A stretch of 58,340 nt of DNA from Clostridia bacterium (GCA_045637945.1 JAZUAI010000048.1:1-58340); one strand, 5' to 3'; numbered from the stretch's first letter, positions 9,485 to 18,827 are shown. Made by a program: numbers and translations. Notes: generated by a model from the sequence alone, not told the origin.

Positions 9485-10561
9485 ATGAACATTTCAAAAA
9501 AAATATTTAGTTTAGTTAAAAACAATTATCAATTTATTGCTTGTTTTATTCTTTTAGTCTTTATTTTTATTATAACCATAAACCCAAGCCCCTATATTTT
9601 TGCAAGTTTAAATGGTTTTCTAATATGGGGTAAAATTGTTTTACCAAGCTTATTTTGTTTTTTTATTTTAACAAAATTACTTATGCAATTTGATTCTACA
9701 CTAAAAATTTTTAACTTTTTAAATAAACCGTTTGAAAAACTATATAACACGCCAAAAGTTGGTGGTTATATTTTTGCTATGAGCGCAATATCAGGCTATC
9801 CAATTGGCGCAAAGCTAATATCTGAGTTTTATGAAAATAATGTGATAACTAAAGAAGAAGCTTTTAGATTGGCAACATATTGCTCAACTTCAGGTCCTAT
9901 GTTTATTATAGGAAGTATTGCCTCAAGCTTGTTTTTTAATATAAAGTTAGGCATTGTAATTATTATTTCACATCTACTTGGGGCTTTAATAAATGGCTTA
10001 ATTTTTAGAAAATTTAACTTAAATCATATTACAATAAATAAGAAAAATGCTTTTACTAAAGTAAGTTATAATATTATAACTAAAGACGCAAGTAATTTAA
10101 ATAGTGTAAATTTTGAGAAAAAAAACGATATTTTAACAAAAAAATTTGATTTAAACGAAATTATGCTTAATACAATAACTTCTGTTTTAATGGTTGGTGG
10201 ATATATTGCTTTGTGTTTTACATTGCTTGAAATTGCTGTTAATATTGGAATTTTAACACCTATAGTCAAAATAATTGATTTAATTTTGCCAAGGAATTTA
10301 GCAATAAGCGAAGGTTTAGTTAAAGGAATTGTTGAACTAACAAATGGTTGTGTGTATTTTGCAAATAAAAATATACCTATAAGAATATTGGCTGTTGCCT
10401 TAACTGGACTTGTTTCTTTTGGTGGTTTTTCAATTCACTTACAGTCACAAATGTTTTTGTCAAAATGCAAAATTAAATATAAAAATTTTCTACTATCAAA
10501 AATTTTGCATAGTATTATAAGTGTGGTTTTAAGCCTCATTTTTAGTATAATAATATTATAA
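9485..10561 (+). CDS. ylbJ: Sporulation integral membrane protein YlbJ
   Basis: 358-aa polytopic protein. The block WGKIVLPSLFCFFILTKLL...ISGYPIGAKLISEFYENNVITKEEAFRLATYCSTSGPMFIIG aligns, from memory, with B. subtilis YlbJ. Confidence 0.75.
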   Translation: MNISKKIFSLVKNNYQFIACFILLVFIFIITINPSPYIFASLNGFLIWGKIVLPSLFCFFILTKLLMQFDSTLKIFNFLNKPFEKLYNTPKVGGYIFAMSAISGYPIGAKLISEFYENNVITKEEAFRLATYCSTSGPMFIIGSIASSLFFNIKLGIVIIISHLLGALINGLIFRKFNLNHITINKKNAFTKVSYNIITKDASNLNSVNFEKKNDILTKKFDLNEIMLNTITSVLMVGGYIALCFTLLEIAVNIGILTPIVKIIDLILPRNLAISEGLVKGIVELTNGCVYFANKNIPIRILAVALTGLVSFGGFSIHLQSQMFLSKCKIKYKNFLLSKILHSIISVVLSLIFSIIIL

Positions 10562-10689
10562 ATATTGTGCCAAAATAAATTTGTTTTTACTTAAAACTGC
10601 ATAGTATTATGCAACAAAAAAAACACCCTGCTAGGCTTTAAAATAAAACCTTATTTAAGGTGTTTTTGTTTTTTAATTGCTACTTACTA

Positions 10690-11622
10690 TTATTCATAAA
10701 AATCATAACAAATTGTATTTAACTCTTTAATCTCAAGACGCATACTTCTTTCATTACCTACAATAGAGTTAACAGCCATAACAAGGGCTACAATAATTTT
10801 TACATTTTTAATTTCACAAGCATCAAACAAAGCATCAAGTAAAAGTGAAATATTAGATTTTTTTAATGGATTTCTTACATAAACAAGTTTATCTTCAAGA
10901 ATTCTTGATAAACGTGCAATGCGTTTAAATAACAAGTTTAGTTCTTCCTCTTCTTCAATAAGTTTTTGTTGAGCTTCTAAAACGGCTTCAACTAAAGGAT
11001 TTTCTTGTGGTTGTAATTCAACTGTTGTTTCAACAATAGTTACATCTATATTTTCATTTTCTTGATCTTCTCTCATTTGTTCCTCTAATTCTTTTTCTTT
11101 TAAAATATGTTCTTTAATTTTTGCATCAATAATATTGTTTAATGGTTCATCATCATCTTCAACAGATACTGACCTTGGATCAATATTAAAGTATTCTGCA
11201 ACAGCATTTCTAAAAGGAATAATAATTGTTTTTGCAAAACCAGCATATTCTTCATTTTGATTTGAAGCAAGTGGAAATTGAACTTTGATAAAATCGTTAA
11301 AATTTATTCTTTTGCTATCAATTTCAACCAACAATCCAAAAACAAGAGGAATAATTTTTTCATTTTCATCTGGCAAGACAAATCTTTCATTGCCAGCAGA
11401 ATCTTTAACTACTGCTTTTTGAAATTCTAAGTCAAAATTATAATTTATCATATATTCATCAATTAAATTATAAATTTCTGTTGACTCAGTAATTGATTTT
11501 AATATTTTTGAAATTTTAATATCAGCTAATATAAATTTGCCATGTATAAGTTCATTACAAGCATTTATAAAATTTATTACGCCGTTTTGATTTATATTTT
11601 CATTATCCATACTAATATTCAC
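10690..11622 (-). CDS. Hypothetical protein with a central acidic coiled-coil region
   Basis: 310-aa ORF with coherent coding composition and an E/D/Q-rich middle (KEKELEEQMREDQENEN..QQKLIEEEEELN). I recognise no family. Confidence 0.6.
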   Translation of the reverse strand: MNISMDNENINQNGVINFINACNELIHGKFILADIKISKILKSITESTEIYNLIDEYMINYNFDLEFQKAVVKDSAGNERFVLPDENEKIIPLVFGLLVEIDSKRINFNDFIKVQFPLASNQNEEYAGFAKTIIIPFRNAVAEYFNIDPRSVSVEDDDEPLNNIIDAKIKEHILKEKELEEQMREDQENENIDVTIVETTVELQPQENPLVEAVLEAQQKLIEEEEELNLLFKRIARLSRILEDKLVYVRNPLKKSNISLLLDALFDACEIKNVKIIVALVMAVNSIVGNERSMRLEIKELNTICYDFYE

Positions 11623-11773
11623 TCCAAAATAAATAATATTTTGCTATTTTAACTATAGCATAATAAGAAAAATTTTAAAAACAAAAAACAATAAATATAT
11701 TTTTTTGATTTGCAAAAAAAAATTGCTGTGTTATAATTAACGCATAAAAGAGATACTGGGAGTTTTGTTTTTT

Positions 11774-12325
11774 ATGGACTTTATACCTGATTCTACTGTT
11801 AAAAAACTTATTCTTCTTTTTGTTCTTGATAGAATTGAAATACCTCTTACAGAAAACTCAATTATAGATATTTGCACAAGTAGAAACAACTGGCTTGGAT
11901 ATATGGATTGTAAAGAAGCTTTGTCTCAACTTATTGATGCAAAATTTATATATAAGTTAAATGAAGGTGTTGAACAAGACCCTAAAGACATAAGGTTTAG
12001 TATTACCGTTGAAGGTCGCAATTGCCTTTCCCACTTCTTTACAAGAATAAGGCAAAGCACTCGTGAAGAAATATCTGAATTTGCAAAACAAAACCGCATG
12101 GTTTTTAAAAGAAGTCAAGAATATGTTTATGATTATTTTAAAAACCCAGATGGTTCACATACTGTTGTTTTAAGAATAAAAGAACCACTTCTTGCCCAAC
12201 CAATGTTTGAAATTAGATTAAAAACTTCAACAAGAAATGCCGCTATTAGCGCAGGCAAAAAATGGTGCACAAAAGCTGCTCAAATTTACGAACATGTATT
12301 TGAAAATTTAATTTCTGATAATTAA
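11774..12325 (+). CDS. Hypothetical protein, possibly a DUF4364-type winged-helix regulator
   Basis: The ORF track starts at a TTG (11765); the ATG at 11774 follows a GGGAG SD. The size and the N-terminal LILLFVLDRIEIPLTENSIIDI pattern resemble the DUF4364 family as I recall it. This is unverified. Confidence 0.45.
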   Translation: MDFIPDSTVKKLILLFVLDRIEIPLTENSIIDICTSRNNWLGYMDCKEALSQLIDAKFIYKLNEGVEQDPKDIRFSITVEGRNCLSHFFTRIRQSTREEISEFAKQNRMVFKRSQEYVYDYFKNPDGSHTVVLRIKEPLLAQPMFEIRLKTSTRNAAISAGKKWCTKAAQIYEHVFENLISDN

Positions 12326-12339
12326 AAAGGAGAATTTTT

Positions 12340-12933
12340 ATGGAATTTAAAGTAAAAAGAGACTTTTTACCGATTTACATAACAAATTTATGCTTATCAC
12401 TTTTACTTGGTTTAATATTTGGTTTATCAGAAAACCCAATTGTTTTGGCTGTAACCATATTTATTGTTGTATCTGTTTTAACCTTATATAATACAACTGT
12501 TATTTTTGCTAGTTGCAAATTAACTGAAGATGCCTTAATTTTCCAAGCAGGTATTTTTAAATATACAATAAAATTAAACCAAATCGTTAAAGTTACTAAA
12601 TCAAAAAATGCTTTTGCATCTTTATCACTTTCATATGATAGAATAAGAATTTTAACTATAGATGAAAAATTAAATCAAAAAGTTTATTATGTTTCAGTTG
12701 AAGATAACGACAATTTAATAGAACTTATATCTCCTGCTAAAAAAGTTAAAATTGAACAACCAAAAACTGAAGAAGTTAAATTAAAACCAGCAGCAAAGAA
12801 AACTACTACTGCTAAAAAAACAACTAAATCTACAACAACAAAGAAAGCTGCTACTAAAAAGTCAACAGCTAAAAAAACTACAACCACAAAGAAAACTACA
12901 ACTAAAAAAGCTGTAACTAAAAAAACAAATTAA
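12340..12933 (+). CDS. Membrane-anchored bacterial PH-domain-like protein with a Lys/Thr-rich basic tail
   Basis: 197 aa. It has two N-terminal TM helices, a PH-like core (..SLSLSYDRIRILT..) and the C-terminal tail KKTTTAKKTTKSTTTKKAATKKSTAKKTTTTKKTTTKKAVTKKTN. It starts 14 nt after the preceding gene. Confidence 0.55.
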   Translation: MEFKVKRDFLPIYITNLCLSLLLGLIFGLSENPIVLAVTIFIVVSVLTLYNTTVIFASCKLTEDALIFQAGIFKYTIKLNQIVKVTKSKNAFASLSLSYDRIRILTIDEKLNQKVYYVSVEDNDNLIELISPAKKVKIEQPKTEEVKLKPAAKKTTTAKKTTKSTTTKKAATKKSTAKKTTTTKKTTTKKAVTKKTN

Positions 12934-13105
12934 TAGGTAGAACTCTATAAAATTAACACTTGTTTGAGTGTTAATTTTTTTGTTTTTGTTATTTAAAAAT
13001 AGTAACTTACCTATTTATCAAAATTTGGTTAAACACAAAATTATAGTTTTGTTTGACAATATATAAAATAGTTTAATAAAATCACAAAGTGAGGTAAAAA
13101 AATAT

Positions 13106-14284
13106 ATGAAATCTTTTGGAACAATTTCTCGTGGAGTTAAAACTCCTATTATTAAAGAAGGAGACGATCTTGCAAACATAGTTTGTGACAGTGTTTTAAA
13201 CGCAGCAAAAAAAGAAAATATTGAATTGCAAAATAGAGATATTATTGCTGTAACTGAAGCTGTTGTTGGTATTGCTCAAGGAAACTATGCAACAATTGAC
13301 CAAATTGCAAAAGATGTTAAAAATAAATTTGGAGACAACCCTGTTGGTTTGGTCTTCCCTATTTTAAGCAGAAATCGTTTTTCAATGTTATTAAAAGGTA
13401 TTGCTAGAGGTGCTAAAAAATTGATTATTCAACTTTCATACCCTCAAGATGAAGTTGGAAATCCTCTTGTTGACCCAGAAATTATTTTTGATAGCGATAT
13501 TAACCCATACAAAGATGTGTTTACTGGCGATGAATTTAATAAGAAATTTGACCACCCATTACACCCTTTTACAGGTATGAATTACATTGATATGTATAAA
13601 GAACTTGCTGGCCCAAACTGCGAAATTATTATTGCAAATAGACCTGAAGCAATTTTAGAATACACAAAATATGTTATTGCTGCAGATATTCACACAAGAC
13701 ACAGAACTAAAAAAGTTTTGGAAAAAGCTGGTGCTGAAAAGGTTTTAACATTGTGTGATTTATTAAATGAAAGTGTTGACGGCAGTGGTTATAACTCAAA
13801 ATACGGCTTACTTGGTTCAAACAAATCAACAGAAGAAAGAGTTAAACTCTTCCCTGAACGCGGACAAGAAGTTGTTGACCAAATTCGTGAAAGAATGAAA
13901 AAAGAAACAGGTAAAGATATTGAAGTTATGATTTATGGTGATGGTGCCTTTAAAGACCCAGTTGGTGGAATTTGGGAACTTGCCGACCCGGTTGTTTCTC
14001 CTGCTCATACTCCAGGCTTGCTTGGAACACCAAATGAATTAAAGCTTAAGTTCTTATCCGACAATAAGTTTAAAGATTTAAAAGGTGATGAACTTATAAA
14101 AGCAATGCAAAATGAAATAAAGAATAAAAACTCTAACCTTAAAGGAACAATGGCAACTCAAGGAACAACACCAAGAAGATATACAGACTTACTTGGTAGT
14201 TTGTCAGATTTAACTAGCGGTAGTGGAGATAAAGGAACACCAGTTGTTTTAATTCAAAACTATTTTGATACATATGCTGACTAA
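13106..14284 (+). CDS. CofE-like (F420-0:gamma-glutamyl ligase family) protein
   Basis: 392 aa. The N-terminus RGVKTPIIKEGDDLANIV and the overall length resemble the clostridial proteins annotated as F420 ligase-like. The assignment is from memory only. Confidence 0.5.
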   Translation: MKSFGTISRGVKTPIIKEGDDLANIVCDSVLNAAKKENIELQNRDIIAVTEAVVGIAQGNYATIDQIAKDVKNKFGDNPVGLVFPILSRNRFSMLLKGIARGAKKLIIQLSYPQDEVGNPLVDPEIIFDSDINPYKDVFTGDEFNKKFDHPLHPFTGMNYIDMYKELAGPNCEIIIANRPEAILEYTKYVIAADIHTRHRTKKVLEKAGAEKVLTLCDLLNESVDGSGYNSKYGLLGSNKSTEERVKLFPERGQEVVDQIRERMKKETGKDIEVMIYGDGAFKDPVGGIWELADPVVSPAHTPGLLGTPNELKLKFLSDNKFKDLKGDELIKAMQNEIKNKNSNLKGTMATQGTTPRRYTDLLGSLSDLTSGSGDKGTPVVLIQNYFDTYAD

Positions 14285-14310
14285 TTAAATCAAAATCTTA
14301 ATAAAAAAAT

Positions 14311-14346
14311 AAAACCATAGAAATTGACTTTTCTATGGTTTTTTTA
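14311..14346. terminator. Bidirectional intrinsic terminator
   Basis: 11-bp stem AAACCATAGAA/TTCTATGGTTT plus a T-run, between convergent gene ends (14284 and 14384). Confidence 0.8.
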
Positions 14347-14383
14347 TGATAATCTTATAAAATTTTATGTTTTTTGATTGTTT

Positions 14384-16423
14384 TTACTCTTTTATTTTAT
14401 ACTTTAATGCTCTTAAACTATTTAAAATTGCCAAAACGGTTACACCTACATCAGCAATAACTGCAAGCAACATACCGGTAACACCAATTGCCCCTAAAAG
14501 CAAAAATAAAAGTTTTATTCCGGCAGAGAAAATTATATTTTGCCAAACAATTTTTCTTGTAAATTTTGAAATTTTGATTGCTGTTGAAACTTTGTTAGGG
14601 TTATCATCAACTAAAACAACATCTGAAGCTTCAATACTTGCAGCACTGCCATTTATTCCCATTGAAATGCCAACATCTGCAAGCATAAGGGATGGAGCGT
14701 CATTAATACCATCGCCCACATAACCAATATTTAATTTTTTATCTTTTTTAAGATTTTCAATAAATACATATTTATCTTCTGGCAACATGTCAAAGTAATA
14801 TTCATCAATACCGGCTTTAGACGAAATTTCTTTTACTGTTTGTTCGTTATCTCCTGAAAGCAAAATAGTTTTTACTCCCATTTGCTTCAAAATCTTTATA
14901 GCTAAAATTGCACTTTCTTTTATTTGATCTTTTAAATAAAAATCTGCAATTTTTTTGTCATTTTCATACAACTCAACCGTTGTTTTTTGTTTATTTTTGG
15001 TTTTTCTACCAACAAAATATTCATTATTATTAAAACTAAAATAAACACCCTTTCCTGCTATTTCTTTTAAGTTTTTAACCTTTTTTAATGGCTTTGTGTT
15101 TGCTTCTACAATAGATTTAGCAAGTGGGTGAAGTGAATATTGCTCACCTAAACTTGCAAGATATAAAACATCTTCTTCAGTATAATTTTTTGTTAAAACT
15201 TCAATTTTTTCTATGCCAAACTTACCAGTTGTTATTGTTCCAGTTTTATCAAAAGCAACAACATTTAATTTTGAACACACATCTAAATAATTTGAACCTT
15301 TTATTAAAACACCATTTTTTGATGCATTGCCTAACCCAGAAAAATAACTTAACGGAACAGAAATTGCAAAAGCACAAGGGCAAGAAACAACTAAGAATAT
15401 TAAACCTCTATAAATTGCTGTTGAAATATCGCCTAAAACAGTCCAAACAATTGCCCAAACAACAACTGAACAAATTAAAACACCTAAAGTATACCATTTT
15501 GCAACTTTTGAAATGACAGTTTCTGCTTTTGACTTTTTATCTGAAGCATTTTCAATTAAATTCATTATTCTGCTAACTGTGCTTTCAGCATAAACAGTGG
15601 TTGTTTTTATTTTCAAAACACCATCAATAACAATAGCACCAGATAAAATTTCTTGATTTTCTTCAACAGAAACAGGCAAACTTTCGCCAGTTAAACTTTG
15701 AAGATCTAAAGTTGATTTCCCCTCAACAACAATTCCATCAAGAGGAACTCTTTCACCAGGTTTGACTAAAATAATAGTTCCAACTTTAACATCTTGTGGC
15801 AAAACTTCAATTTCTTGTTGGTTTTCATCTATAACAGTTGCAAAGGTTGGTTTTAAATTTGTTAGCTCTTGAATAGATTTTCTTGATTTGCTTACTGCAA
15901 GCCCTTCTAAAACTTTTCCAATTGAATATAGGGCTATAACCATTAAACCTTCCATATGTTCACCAACAGCTGTTGCACCTATAATTGAAATAGTAACTAA
16001 CAAATTTTCGTTTATTGTGCCTTTTAACAAAAGTTTAACGGCTTTAATATATGTTTTATAACCCATAAGTAAGGCACTTATTACAAATAAAGGCCAAAAC
16101 AAATATAAAGGCATTTTTATAAATAATGTAATTAGACCTAAAACAATACCTGCAAGTAAAAGTGAAAAATCTAAAATAATTTCTTTTTTATTACTTGAAG
16201 AGTTTGCGCTTACTGCATATTTCACATCAGGAAATATTTGTTTTGTTAAACTAATCATTTCTTGAATTGCCAAGTCAATATTTTCGCTTTCAATAGTTAT
16301 AAAGCTTTTAAAAAAGTCTATTTTTGCAAATTTAATTGAAGAAAGCTTGTTGATTTGTTCTTCTAACTTCTTTGCACAATTGGGGCAATCCAAGCCTGAA
16401 AATTTAATTTTCTTTATCATCAC
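14384..16423 (-). CDS. cadA: Heavy-metal (Cd/Zn/Co-type) translocating P1B-type ATPase
   Basis: 679 aa. It has an N-terminal HMA domain with CPNC, a CPC motif in a TM helix (VVSCPCAFAISVP), the DKTGTIT phosphorylation site and the GDGINDAP hinge. Confidence 0.92.
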   Translation of the reverse strand: MMIKKIKFSGLDCPNCAKKLEEQINKLSSIKFAKIDFFKSFITIESENIDLAIQEMISLTKQIFPDVKYAVSANSSSNKKEIILDFSLLLAGIVLGLITLFIKMPLYLFWPLFVISALLMGYKTYIKAVKLLLKGTINENLLVTISIIGATAVGEHMEGLMVIALYSIGKVLEGLAVSKSRKSIQELTNLKPTFATVIDENQQEIEVLPQDVKVGTIILVKPGERVPLDGIVVEGKSTLDLQSLTGESLPVSVEENQEILSGAIVIDGVLKIKTTTVYAESTVSRIMNLIENASDKKSKAETVISKVAKWYTLGVLICSVVVWAIVWTVLGDISTAIYRGLIFLVVSCPCAFAISVPLSYFSGLGNASKNGVLIKGSNYLDVCSKLNVVAFDKTGTITTGKFGIEKIEVLTKNYTEEDVLYLASLGEQYSLHPLAKSIVEANTKPLKKVKNLKEIAGKGVYFSFNNNEYFVGRKTKNKQKTTVELYENDKKIADFYLKDQIKESAILAIKILKQMGVKTILLSGDNEQTVKEISSKAGIDEYYFDMLPEDKYVFIENLKKDKKLNIGYVGDGINDAPSLMLADVGISMGINGSAASIEASDVVLVDDNPNKVSTAIKISKFTRKIVWQNIIFSAGIKLLFLLLGAIGVTGMLLAVIADVGVTVLAILNSLRALKYKIKE

Positions 16424-16781
16424 ACCCCTCCATTACGTGCTCCAAACTTACATCAAAAACTTCTTTAACGTGATCATCTGCAAGTGAATACCAAACTTCC
16501 TTGCCGACTTTTCTTGATTTAATTAAATTCATTTCTCTCAAATTTTTTAATTGATGAGAAACAGCTGATTTTGTCATGTTTAAAATATAAGCTATATCAC
16601 AAACACAAAGCTCATTATCTTCTAATAAATTAACAATTTTAATACGGGTGCTGTCAGACAATATTTTGTAAAAATCTGCAACCAATAAAAGTTTTTCTTC
16701 ATCAAGCATTTTTTGTTTTGCTAAAAAAACTTCTTTTTGGTGTATAGCATCGCAATCACAATCAAGTTCATTCTTCCCCAT
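16404..16781 (-). CDS. cadC: ArsR/SmtB-family metalloregulator (CadC-like)
   Basis: 125 aa. It has the ELCVCDIAYIL metal-site/wHTH segment, SAVSHQLKNLREMNLI, and N-terminal Cys residues (CDCD). It overlaps the cadA start by 20 nt. Confidence 0.88.
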   Translation of the reverse strand: MGKNELDCDCDAIHQKEVFLAKQKMLDEEKLLLVADFYKILSDSTRIKIVNLLEDNELCVCDIAYILNMTKSAVSHQLKNLREMNLIKSRKVGKEVWYSLADDHVKEVFDVSLEHVMEGCDDKEN

Positions 16782-16806
16782 AATATAGTCCTTTTAATAA
16801 TTTTCA

Positions 16807-16863
16807 ATAGTTGAACAACTATTCAACTATTACAGTATAGTTGAATAGCTATTCAATTGTCAA
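16807..16863 (-). promoter_or_regulatory. cadC-cadA promoter with two tandem ArsR/SmtB-type operators
   Basis: Operator 1 is ATAGTTGAA-N6-TTCAACTAT (16807-16830). Operator 2 has a perfect 16-bp palindrome TTGAATAGCTATTCAA (16841-16856). On the minus strand, TTGACA (plus 16858-16863) and TATACT (plus 16834-16839) bracket operator 2. The TGAA..TTCA half-sites resemble SmtB/CzrA/CadC boxes. Confidence 0.7.
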
Positions 16864-16950
16864 CAAATCTTTATAATTTTTAAAAACAAAAAAAATAAAG
16901 TGATTACGCTTATTTTTGTAACCACTTTAAATTTTCATAAATTTAAGATT

Positions 16951-17421
16951 TTATTTGTTGTTAAATTTCTCTAAAGCAAAATGACCGTCTTCAAAATTAA
17001 GCCAACCATTTTTATGCTCATATCCAAGCTTTTTATAAAATGGAATTCCAACCATTGATGCAGGAATTTCAATGCGTTTTGCCCTTAAAAAATATTCGTC
17101 TTGTTCAAGTGTTTGAACTATTTTTTTGCCTATTCCTTGCTTTTGATAATCAGGGTGAACAAATATGTTAAAAAGGCTGCTTTCTTCTTTACTGCCCCAA
17201 TATGGGCCTATAGCGCCACAAGCAACTATCTTGTTTTCAATTTTTGCTACGTAAAAGTGTGTCCAACTGGCCCTATCTTTTATTTTATTTAAGTTAAATT
17301 CTTCAACTACAATATTAACTGAATTTGGTGGATAAAATGCAGGAAAAGATTTTTTAATAGTATAAACTATTAACTCATGCACTTCTTCCAATTCTTCTTC
17401 TTTCACAAGTTCTATTTTCAT
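16951..17421 (-). CDS. GNAT family N-acetyltransferase
   Basis: 156 aa with an acetyl-CoA binding motif in VHPDYQKQGIGKKIV. Confidence 0.8.
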   Translation of the reverse strand: MKIELVKEEELEEVHELIVYTIKKSFPAFYPPNSVNIVVEEFNLNKIKDRASWTHFYVAKIENKIVACGAIGPYWGSKEESSLFNIFVHPDYQKQGIGKKIVQTLEQDEYFLRAKRIEIPASMVGIPFYKKLGYEHKNGWLNFEDGHFALEKFNNK

Positions 17422-17442
17422 TTTTTCATCCCTCTTTAAAAT

Positions 17443-17982
17443 TTATTCAATAATATATTTCCAACCCGGTTGCCAGTTACCAGTTAATCTCCAATCAGTT
17501 TTCAAAGCATCTTCCCAAGTTTTGTTTTTTGTTAAAACCTCAAAAGCAAGTTGAGGTGCTTTATGACTGACCAACGCAACTTTTTTATTGTTAAAATTTT
17601 GTTTTAAATATTCTACAAAACTTTTAATTCTTACTTCAACATCTTTTAAACTTTCGCCGTTTGGAAAAGGCATATCAATATGTTGCGAATAATCAACCAA
17701 AAAATTATCCTTACCATCAAGATCACCATAGTTACATTCTCTAATTCTAGAGTCTTGGATAATTTTTATATCTCTACCTTCAAAATCAATTTTTGCACTA
17801 TCAACTGCCCTTTTTAAGTCAGAGCAAATAACAACGTCAAAATATTGATCTTTTATAATTTTGTTTAAATTTTTTGCTTGTTCAATACCCTTTTGTGATA
17901 ACTCACCTGGAAGCCAGCCTGTTGCTTTTTTATTTAAATTATCAACTGTTGTTCCATGAACAAAATATGTTATTTCAACCAT
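17443..17982 (-). CDS. Histidine phosphatase (phosphoglycerate mutase-like) family protein, atypical VHG motif
   Basis: 179 aa. It has YFVHGTTVDN where RHGxxxxN is expected, plus CSDLKRAVDS and a second His in LVSHKAP. Confidence 0.7.
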   Translation of the reverse strand: MVEITYFVHGTTVDNLNKKATGWLPGELSQKGIEQAKNLNKIIKDQYFDVVICSDLKRAVDSAKIDFEGRDIKIIQDSRIRECNYGDLDGKDNFLVDYSQHIDMPFPNGESLKDVEVRIKSFVEYLKQNFNNKKVALVSHKAPQLAFEVLTKNKTWEDALKTDWRLTGNWQPGWKYIIE

Positions 17983-18043
17983 AACAATATCTCTCCTTAA
18001 TCAATATTAACATAAAGAAAAATAAATTGAAACAAATTAAAAT

Positions 18044-18070
18044 AAAAAAACCCTTAGTTTTAACTAAGAG
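18044..18070 (-). terminator. Intrinsic terminator after tRNA-Leu(TAG)
   Basis: The minus strand reads CTCTTAGTT-AAA-ACTAAGGG followed by T7. Confidence 0.65.
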
Positions 18071-18092
18071 CTTTCTATTTCCCACTTTGTTA

Positions 18093-18175
18093 TGGTGCGG
18101 GCGAGAGGACTTGAACCCCCACGGTCTCCCAATAGATCCTAAGTCTATCGCGTCTGCCAGTTCCGCCACACCCGC
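18093..18175 (-). tRNA. tRNA-Leu (anticodon TAG)
   Basis: The reverse complement folds with acceptor GCGGGTG/CGCCCGC, anticodon loop CTTAGGA, a long variable arm, T loop TTCAAGT and an encoded CCA. Confidence 0.88.
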
Positions 18176-18271
18176 ATTTATTTTTTTATTAAAGAGGTTT
18201 TCGTTAAAGGAGATATTAAAACAAAGGAATATATATTTTATTTTAAAATTAAAACCCCATAATAAAAAAAA

Positions 18272-18347
18272 TGGTGATCCACCCGAGGTTCGAACTCGGG
18301 ACCCCTTGATTAAAAGTCAAGTGCTCTACCGACTGAGCTAGTGAATC
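18272..18347 (-). tRNA. tRNA-Lys (anticodon TTT)
   Basis: The reverse complement is GATTCAC-TA-GCTCAGTCGGTAGAGC.. with anticodon loop CTTTTAA, T arm CCGAG-TTCGAAC-CTCGG, and CCA. Confidence 0.9.
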
Positions 18348-18477
18348 ACAAAAAAATATTAAACTAAGTGAACGTTATGCATTTTACAACATATTATTAT
18401 AAATTGCAAGTATTTTTTTTGTAAAATTACAAAAAATTTTTATCAGTTAATCTCACCCACTTTTTTAGAAAAAAAAT

Positions 18478-18552
18478 TGGCTGGGGTGGCAGGATTTGAA
18501 CCTACGGATGCAAGAGTCAAAGTCTTGTGCCTTACCGCTTGGCTACACCCCA
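18478..18552 (-). tRNA. tRNA-Gln (anticodon TTG)
   Basis: The reverse complement is TGGGGTG-TA-GCCAAGCGGTAAGGC.. with anticodon loop CTTTGAC, T loop TTCAAAT, 3' end CACCCCAGCCA, and the U1-A72 pair typical of tRNA-Gln. Confidence 0.88.
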
Positions 18553-18624
18553 TCAAACTGACTTTCATATTATATACAACTTAAACAAAGAAATCAAGTG
18601 TTTTTAAAAAATTTTTTTAAAATA

Positions 18625-18653
18625 TTGACTTATTTTTTATATTGATATATTAT
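18625..18653 (+). promoter_or_regulatory. Sigma-A promoter of the asnA leader (TTGACT-17-TATTAT)
   Basis: TTGACT at 18625-18630, a 17-nt spacer, then TATTAT at 18648-18653. Confidence 0.6.
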
Positions 18654-18675
18654 CTAGGTGTAAGGAATTGTTTTT

Positions 18676-18756
18676 ATGTTCTTAGAAGTCAAAATTTATA
18701 CATTAGTTAACAATAATAATTCAAATAATAATATGGCTATTAACAATAATATATAG
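18676..18756 (+). CDS. Candidate Asn-rich leader peptide (26 codons, 10 Asn)
   Basis: An AAGGA SD at 18662-18666 precedes ATG 18676. My hand translation is MFLEVKIYTLVNNNNSNNNMAINNNI, ending at TAG 18754-18756. It is too short to appear in the ORF track. Confidence 0.5.
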   Translation: MFLEVKIYTLVNNNNSNNNMAINNNI

Positions 18757-18791
18757 GCATATCTTTTTTTGATTTTTAAGTTAACTTAAAA

Positions 18792-18827
18792 AGCACTAGC
18801 AAAAAGATAATTGCTGGTGCTTTTTTT
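18792..18827 (+). terminator. Intrinsic terminator/attenuator between the leader ORF and asnA
   Basis: 11-bp stem AGCACTAGCAA/TTGCTGGTGCT (one G-U pair), 8-nt loop, T6. It ends 70 nt before the asnA ATG. Confidence 0.75.

Noticed and set aside
17975-18341. ORFs of 64 and 104 aa spanning the tRNA-Leu/tRNA-Lys region.
   Set aside because: Their reading frames run straight through two well-folded tRNA genes and the terminator, so they are not credible as coding.
18757-18810. Antiterminator helix for the asnA leader.
   Set aside because: The only alternative pairing I found is a 9-bp all-A/U helix (TATCTTTTT with AAAAAGATA). It overlaps the terminator loop more than its stem. That is too weak to assert, so I left it as an open question needing computational folding.
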